Shown here piece after piece: positions 59,189 to 64,000 of a stretch of 64,000 nucleotides of DNA. The stretch comes from Rubritalea sp. (lineage in GTDB: Bacteria > Verrucomicrobiota > Verrucomicrobiia > Verrucomicrobiales > Akkermansiaceae). The notes under the pieces were generated by a model, which ran no database searches, was not told the origin of the DNA, and worked only from the letters and a program-made list of their open reading frames with translations. The first letter of the stretch is position 1. The number at the start of each line of letters is the position of its first letter. The translations under genes were made by a program, and so were the position numbers. The stretch covers positions 33,709 to 97,708 of the forward strand of contig NZ_JBPOGE010000009.1 in NCBI RefSeq assembly GCF_051252225.1, read 5' to 3'.

Positions 59189-60106
59189 CTATGGCGCGAC
59201 TTTAATATCTGCGCTAGCTCCCATCTCTACCCACAGCTCTAACCACTCGATCTCCTTTTCTGTGAGCTGCTTCTTGCCCTCTGGAGGCATACGTAGGTCA
59301 TCATCAAGTGGAAGGTGAAGGTAAGTTATTAAGGAGCTATCCTCCAAGTCCCCCGGTACCAAACAGGCTGTTTCTTCACCGCCTTCTAACATGTAATCGA
59401 TGGTATCCACTCTAAGCCCGCTCTTTTGCTTTTCAGCACCATGGCAATTCACACATTTTTCTTCTAAAATGGGCTGAACGATATCTTGATAAAGGAAGAC
59501 TTCAGGCTGAGCTGCTTTAGCTTCAGTTGCTTGACGTTTTTCTAAAACCTTACTTGGCCACGCATCATTTGGCTCACCATGAGTGATCTCACCACCGCGG
59601 TGACCAGCAGAAAGCATCACTAAAAAACTGACGCTCAGAAGCACCCCAAAACAAAGCTTCCACCAAGGTTTCCCAATGTAGCACTGCAACTTTACAGCCA
59701 AGGAGGTAAAGACCAAAACCGTAAATAGAATACCATCCCTCTTGTGCTCCTCTAGTAATTCACCTGCTTGATATTGGTCTGTTAGGTACAAACAATAACC
59801 GAACACTGTAGCGAATAGAGCCATAATCGCAGAGAATCCTAGAGCTAATCGCGTATCTACTCGCCAGCGACCACTCGTCACTAATGACATCACTTCAGTC
59901 AGTAAGACATAGCTCATAGCGCCAATCGGCAAATGGAGAAAGATAGCGTGAAATCCCCCAAAATAATTCACCCACAAACCTGCTGAATTCGCGGTCTTCG
60001 GGTTGGCGAAGCCTACCTCAGCAAAGCTTGGCAGCAGCAGTGTAAATATAATGCACAATACACAAACCCCTTGTGCTATGCGTGTCCAATTTTTCTGATT
60101 CATCAT
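59189..60106 (-). CDS. Membrane protein (4-5 TM) with planctomycete-type cytochrome c domain
   Basis: HAIFLHLPIG TM region; PILEEKCVNCHG...SGLR, MPP. Confidence 0.85.
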   Translation of the reverse strand: MMNQKNWTRIAQGVCVLCIIFTLLLPSFAEVGFANPKTANSAGLWVNYFGGFHAIFLHLPIGAMSYVLLTEVMSLVTSGRWRVDTRLALGFSAIMALFATVFGYCLYLTDQYQAGELLEEHKRDGILFTVLVFTSLAVKLQCYIGKPWWKLCFGVLLSVSFLVMLSAGHRGGEITHGEPNDAWPSKVLEKRQATEAKAAQPEVFLYQDIVQPILEEKCVNCHGAEKQKSGLRVDTIDYMLEGGEETACLVPGDLEDSSLITYLHLPLDDDLRMPPEGKKQLTEKEIEWLELWVEMGASADIKVAP

Positions 60107-60161
60107 CTTGCTAGTAATTACTACGGAACTGTGTAGGAAAAATTACATAGATCTCTCTAAT

Positions 60162-60198
60162 AAAAAAGCCCGAAGCCGTTTGACGGGCCCGGGCTTTT
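60162..60198 (-). terminator. Intrinsic terminator after the SNF2 helicase gene
   Basis: AAAAAAGCCCG...CGGGCTTTT. Confidence 0.75.
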
Positions 60199-60224
60199 GA
60201 GTGTGTTATGTATAAACGAAATTA

Positions 60225-63200
60225 TTAAGCCTCTTCCTCGCCGAACATGTCTCCACCGTGGCTGAGAATGAACTGCAAGTCATCGACCCCGAGATTGCTT
60301 GCGAAACCTTCATCACCAAGGACGTTAGTAACAAGCGCTGTCTTCTGGTGTTGTAGAACACGAATCTTCTCCTCCACTGTGTCACGAGTAAGAAGACGGT
60401 ATGCGATAACCTTATTCTTCTGACCAATACGGTGTGTACGGTCAATCGCTTGGTTTTCCACAGCTGGGTTCCACCATGGATCGTAAAGAATAACATAGGA
60501 TGCCGAGGTGAGGTTAAGACCAGCACCACCCGCTTTGAGTGAAAGCATGAATACGGACGCGTCCTTAGTTGTCTGGAAGCTCTCGATCACGCCCTTACGG
60601 TCTTTAGTCTGACCTGTGAGGTAGTGGTAAGGGCGGCTCTCGGTTTCGAGGCGCGCCTTAATGATGTCGAGCATGGAAACAAACTGGGAGAATACGAGTA
60701 CCTTGTGACTTTCTTCACGGAGCTGGTCGAGTAGGTAGAAGAGAGCAATCATTTTTGCACTTTCCTCCTTCAGATACTTCGGATCGATAAGTCCTGGGTG
60801 ACAACAAATCTGACGCAAACGCATAAGTCCCTGAAGAATAGCAAAGGAGTTCTTCTTCACTGCTTCATCAGAATCCAGCCCGAGTAGAGCCTTTTGGATA
60901 CGCTTAAGTTCAGCCTTGTACATGTCAGACTGCACACCCTCCATGACAGCAAAGACCTCTTCTTCCGTACGTGGCGGAAGGTCTTTTGCTACTTGGAGCT
61001 TAGTACGGCGGAGTAGGAATGGTCTAAGTCTCGCAGCAAGACGTGTCTGAGATGACGGATCTTTACGCTTATCAAAACGCTTCTTGAAGTATGCTCGGGA
61101 ACCGAGAACACCAGGCATTGCGAATGCCATGAGTGACCACATATCCATCAAGCGGTTCTCAATAGGCGTACCAGTAAGAACGAGGCGGTTAGCAGAGTTC
61201 AGCTCACGAGCTGACTTAGCAGCCTTAGAATCAGGATTCTTGATCTGTTGACCTTCATCGAGAATAACTGTCAGCCATTTGATGCTATTAAGATCTTCAC
61301 CGCAAACACGGAGCTGAGCGTAATTGAGAACAACTAGATCGAGCTCGTTCTGCGCTTCATCCACAATAAGATCGTCACGAGTACGAAGTATTTTCACCTT
61401 CAGTTCAGCAGCGAATTTCTCCGCTTCTGTAGCCCATACATCAAGAACTGATTTAGGACAGACAACCAATGCTGGACGTTTTTCGCCTGCATCTAAAGCC
61501 TGCCTACGCAGCCAGAGAATGTAAGTGATAGACTGGATCGTCTTACCAAGACCCATGTCATCCGCAAGAATACCACCGAATCGGTTCGTAGAGAGGTAAG
61601 TAAGGAAGCGGAAGCCATCCACTTGATATGGACGGAGAGTCGCATTGAGACCGTCTGGCACAGGAGTATCAAGGTTGACTTGAATATCATGCGCAGAGTC
61701 TTTAATACGCTTCCACGCTTTTGGATCAAACACTTCTGCAGCCTTCGGATCAGCTAACTGGAGCGCATGCATACGGTGAGTTTCGCCAGATAAGTCAAAT
61801 GGATCTAGGCCGAGGCGAGTAACCGCTTCGTGTTGGTCTGGGTCGAGTTTAATCTCGAGACGCATCCAGCCGCCATTTTCCATACGTACATAGCCACCGC
61901 GAGCAGCGACTAACTGACGGATCTGAGCTTTGGTAAGCTCTACACCCTCTACATCGATTACAATTTTAAGATCGAACCAGTCAATGTCTTGGTTAACTAC
62001 CTCGAAGCGAATCGCTGCAGATACTGGGTCAGCAAGAAGTGTCTTAAGCTTGAAGTCCATTTCTACCTGCATTGCTTCAGGTAGGTTCTGAGCCCACTCC
62101 GCAAATTTCTCAGGGAATAGCTTGGTCACACGGGTCTTAAACTCTTCGAGTTTATCGTCATATGTCAGACCCATTTCTTGGAGTAAACCAGGTACAGGGT
62201 AGAGTTCTTCACGTGCAAATCGGAGGAGTTGCTTACCTTTAACAGGCTTTTGCTCGACTAGCTCCCAGCCCTCTTTGACGAGCTTCTCAGTACGGCGATC
62301 TTTTTTCTCAAGAGCGAGTACATTGATTACTAAGTGCTCAGTCTCTGCAGCTGTGAGTCCTTGCTCGATACGCATCTCAAAACGTGGGAATAGATCGAGA
62401 TCTAGTACGCGCTTCTTGAGTGTGTCAGGAAGTTTTGCGCCGATTTTACGAAGAAACTCAACACCCTCGAGCGAGTCAATCACCTGTTTAGGGATCATGT
62501 AGCGTGGCATCACATCTGTATCTTCTAACCAGCGTGATGGTCCAGGGAAGACCGTCTCATCAGATTGATAGAGCTCTTCACGTCCTGGTAGTAATCGTAC
62601 TGAGTGAGACACATTAATGCCCTCATCAGTTACGAGCTGGAGTGCAAAATTGTCAGGATGGTATGGATCATCTTCACATACCCACCTCAGTGGTTCCTTC
62701 ACTACTTTATAGTAGTTCTCATCGAGGTTTACGATGTATCCTTTGAGTGCTGGCTGGCGGAAAAGTCGGTTCATGAAGCGACACGCTTGTTCCGTGTCGA
62801 GATCCATTGTTGCCACACCTTCACCATTATAAAATGCGAGATAGTGTTCCCAAATAACTTGGCTTTGAGAATCCATGCGAAGCGCAGCAGATGCAAAAAG
62901 AGTGACCAAACGCTCAATATCATTCTTCTCGCGCAGGATAAGCCACTCACCTTTGTTCTCACGTACTTCTACGCGAGCTTCATTCATTGTCGAAACGATA
63001 CGGAAATCACATTCGATCGGCTTCTCGGCAGGTGGGCGTTCGTTCACGTCTTCGATACGCTCGTACCACTCAGCGATCTCACGTTCCTTCTCCCAGTCTT
63101 TCATCTTCTTCTGCACATCCTCTAGGTCTGTGACAGCATTCATGAACTCAGGGTAAGGGAGGCGTTTCTTGTAAAATGCGTATGCTAGATAGTTCCAGAA

Positions 63201-63719
63201 TTCTAGAATATCTCCTGGAGGCATTGGCCAGAGTTCAAGTGGATCGTAAGTGACAATCTCCCAGCGTGGATTCAAACGCACCATGTCATGATCGTGCATT
63301 TCACCTTCGATCACATAGCGGCGATAGCGTTTCTCTACCTTGCTAACAAACTCAGCTTCCTTATCGTCAAGCTCGCGATCAAGCTTCTCTTCAATAAGGT
63401 CAATGACTGGAGTGTCATCAAACTCGTTAGGGCTTTCAGGTAGGTCCTCGCCACGGTGCATACGCTCCATCATCGTAGCATAGAGGCATGCGCCAGCGAT
63501 TAATTCATCTTCAGCAGTACAACTGCCAAACCAACGGTTACCTTGAAGGCGGAGACTGGTACGGAAAGTACCGGTCTTGTCTTCCACTCTCCCTTGAATG
63601 AAAAGGTGGTTACCAAAAATCTGAGTGACTGCGCCTTCTTGCTGAAGGTCGTCGCCCCTATTACGTGCTTCTTCGGGGAAGCTATTTAGAAAGTTGAGTG
63701 TTGCTCTATCCGGATTCAT
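60225..63719 (-). CDS. SNF2/SWI2-family DEAD/DEAH helicase-like ATPase
   Basis: LRPYQ..G, LADDMGLGKT, LDEGQ.IKN, TGTPIEN, LRRTK, SLKAGG.GLNLT, DRTHRIGQ. Likely start MNPD. Confidence 0.95.
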   Translation of the reverse strand: MNPDRATLNFLNSFPEEARNRGDDLQQEGAVTQIFGNHLFIQGRVEDKTGTFRTSLRLQGNRWFGSCTAEDELIAGACLYATMMERMHRGEDLPESPNEFDDTPVIDLIEEKLDRELDDKEAEFVSKVEKRYRRYVIEGEMHDHDMVRLNPRWEIVTYDPLELWPMPPGDILEFWNYLAYAFYKKRLPYPEFMNAVTDLEDVQKKMKDWEKEREIAEWYERIEDVNERPPAEKPIECDFRIVSTMNEARVEVRENKGEWLILREKNDIERLVTLFASAALRMDSQSQVIWEHYLAFYNGEGVATMDLDTEQACRFMNRLFRQPALKGYIVNLDENYYKVVKEPLRWVCEDDPYHPDNFALQLVTDEGINVSHSVRLLPGREELYQSDETVFPGPSRWLEDTDVMPRYMIPKQVIDSLEGVEFLRKIGAKLPDTLKKRVLDLDLFPRFEMRIEQGLTAAETEHLVINVLALEKKDRRTEKLVKEGWELVEQKPVKGKQLLRFAREELYPVPGLLQEMGLTYDDKLEEFKTRVTKLFPEKFAEWAQNLPEAMQVEMDFKLKTLLADPVSAAIRFEVVNQDIDWFDLKIVIDVEGVELTKAQIRQLVAARGGYVRMENGGWMRLEIKLDPDQHEAVTRLGLDPFDLSGETHRMHALQLADPKAAEVFDPKAWKRIKDSAHDIQVNLDTPVPDGLNATLRPYQVDGFRFLTYLSTNRFGGILADDMGLGKTIQSITYILWLRRQALDAGEKRPALVVCPKSVLDVWATEAEKFAAELKVKILRTRDDLIVDEAQNELDLVVLNYAQLRVCGEDLNSIKWLTVILDEGQQIKNPDSKAAKSARELNSANRLVLTGTPIENRLMDMWSLMAFAMPGVLGSRAYFKKRFDKRKDPSSQTRLAARLRPFLLRRTKLQVAKDLPPRTEEEVFAVMEGVQSDMYKAELKRIQKALLGLDSDEAVKKNSFAILQGLMRLRQICCHPGLIDPKYLKEESAKMIALFYLLDQLREESHKVLVFSQFVSMLDIIKARLETESRPYHYLTGQTKDRKGVIESFQTTKDASVFMLSLKAGGAGLNLTSASYVILYDPWWNPAVENQAIDRTHRIGQKNKVIAYRLLTRDTVEEKIRVLQHQKTALVTNVLGDEGFASNLGVDDLQFILSHGGDMFGEEEA

Positions 63720-64000
63720 TTGAATGTTCGGTATGTGTGTCTGACCCTTATAAAAGGGCACGAAATTCCGCGAGAGTGACATATCTAGTAACAAATGTGT
63801 CACGCTCACAAATCAGTGGAATGCGACTTTATAAGCCAATTCCCTCTTCACGCAAGAAAAAGCGTGTTCTATTTTCCTAACAGAAAATTAGATTCTATTT
63901 ACTCAAAAAAATAAACTTGAATAGACTTATATTAATCGAGTTACGGGCAATAAGCACACGTATAATGGACGATGTTTTATATGTGTTTGATGAAAGCTAA

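Noticed and set aside
2027-63719. Concentration of helicases (two UvrD, UvrB, SNF2) as a repair or defence cluster
   Set aside because: They are tens of kb apart among housekeeping genes and are common core genes.
1-64000. Numerous 60-170 aa ORFs in the six-frame track overlapping the called genes
   Set aside because: They are antisense or alternate-frame shadows of well-supported genes, with no recognisable motifs.
1-64000. tRNA, rRNA, CRISPR array, integrase/transposase, riboswitch
   Set aside because: I saw no T-loop/acceptor-stem pattern, regularly spaced repeat-spacer array or recombinase motif. The ribBA leader (~120 nt) lacks FMN-riboswitch motifs. A covariance-model scan would be needed to exclude these fully.

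Overview
A 64-kb, gene-dense bacterial chromosome segment, most likely from a marine Verrucomicrobiota genome (PEP-CTERM protein, planctomycete-type cytochrome c protein; the taxon is inferred). The housekeeping backbone is nadE (partial), uvrD x2, rpsP, obgE, pheA, lysA, fmt, adk, birA, uvrB, ribBA, an M42 peptidase and a SNF2 helicase. Three accessory blocks interrupt it. (1) ~17.9-22.9 kb: a candidate anti-phage module, a SIR2-type NADase ORF overlapping a 1079-aa uncharacterised ORF (possibly one frameshifted gene), placed between an hsdM relic and an hsdR relic of a decayed type I restriction-modification locus. (2) ~23.1-26.9 kb: a metallophosphoesterase/Roadblock-like/ammonium-transporter cassette bracketed by a direct repeat of the uvrD 3' end (91/100 nt identical over the first 100 nt). 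(3) ~36.3-54.2 kb: a complete nitrate/nitrite assimilation island (NasA-type reductase with a ferredoxin-DmsC membrane partner, PP2C-kinase fusion, NarK, NrtABCD, LysR, porin, NirBD). Its five promoters all have a sigma-54 -24/-12 element and an RTGAAT-N3-ATTCAY (T-N11-A) palindrome 37-38 nt upstream. PheA has an internally duplicated chorismate-mutase domain with complementary halves. I found no tRNA, rRNA, CRISPR array, integrase or IS. All family assignments are from motif recognition by eye; no database search was run.
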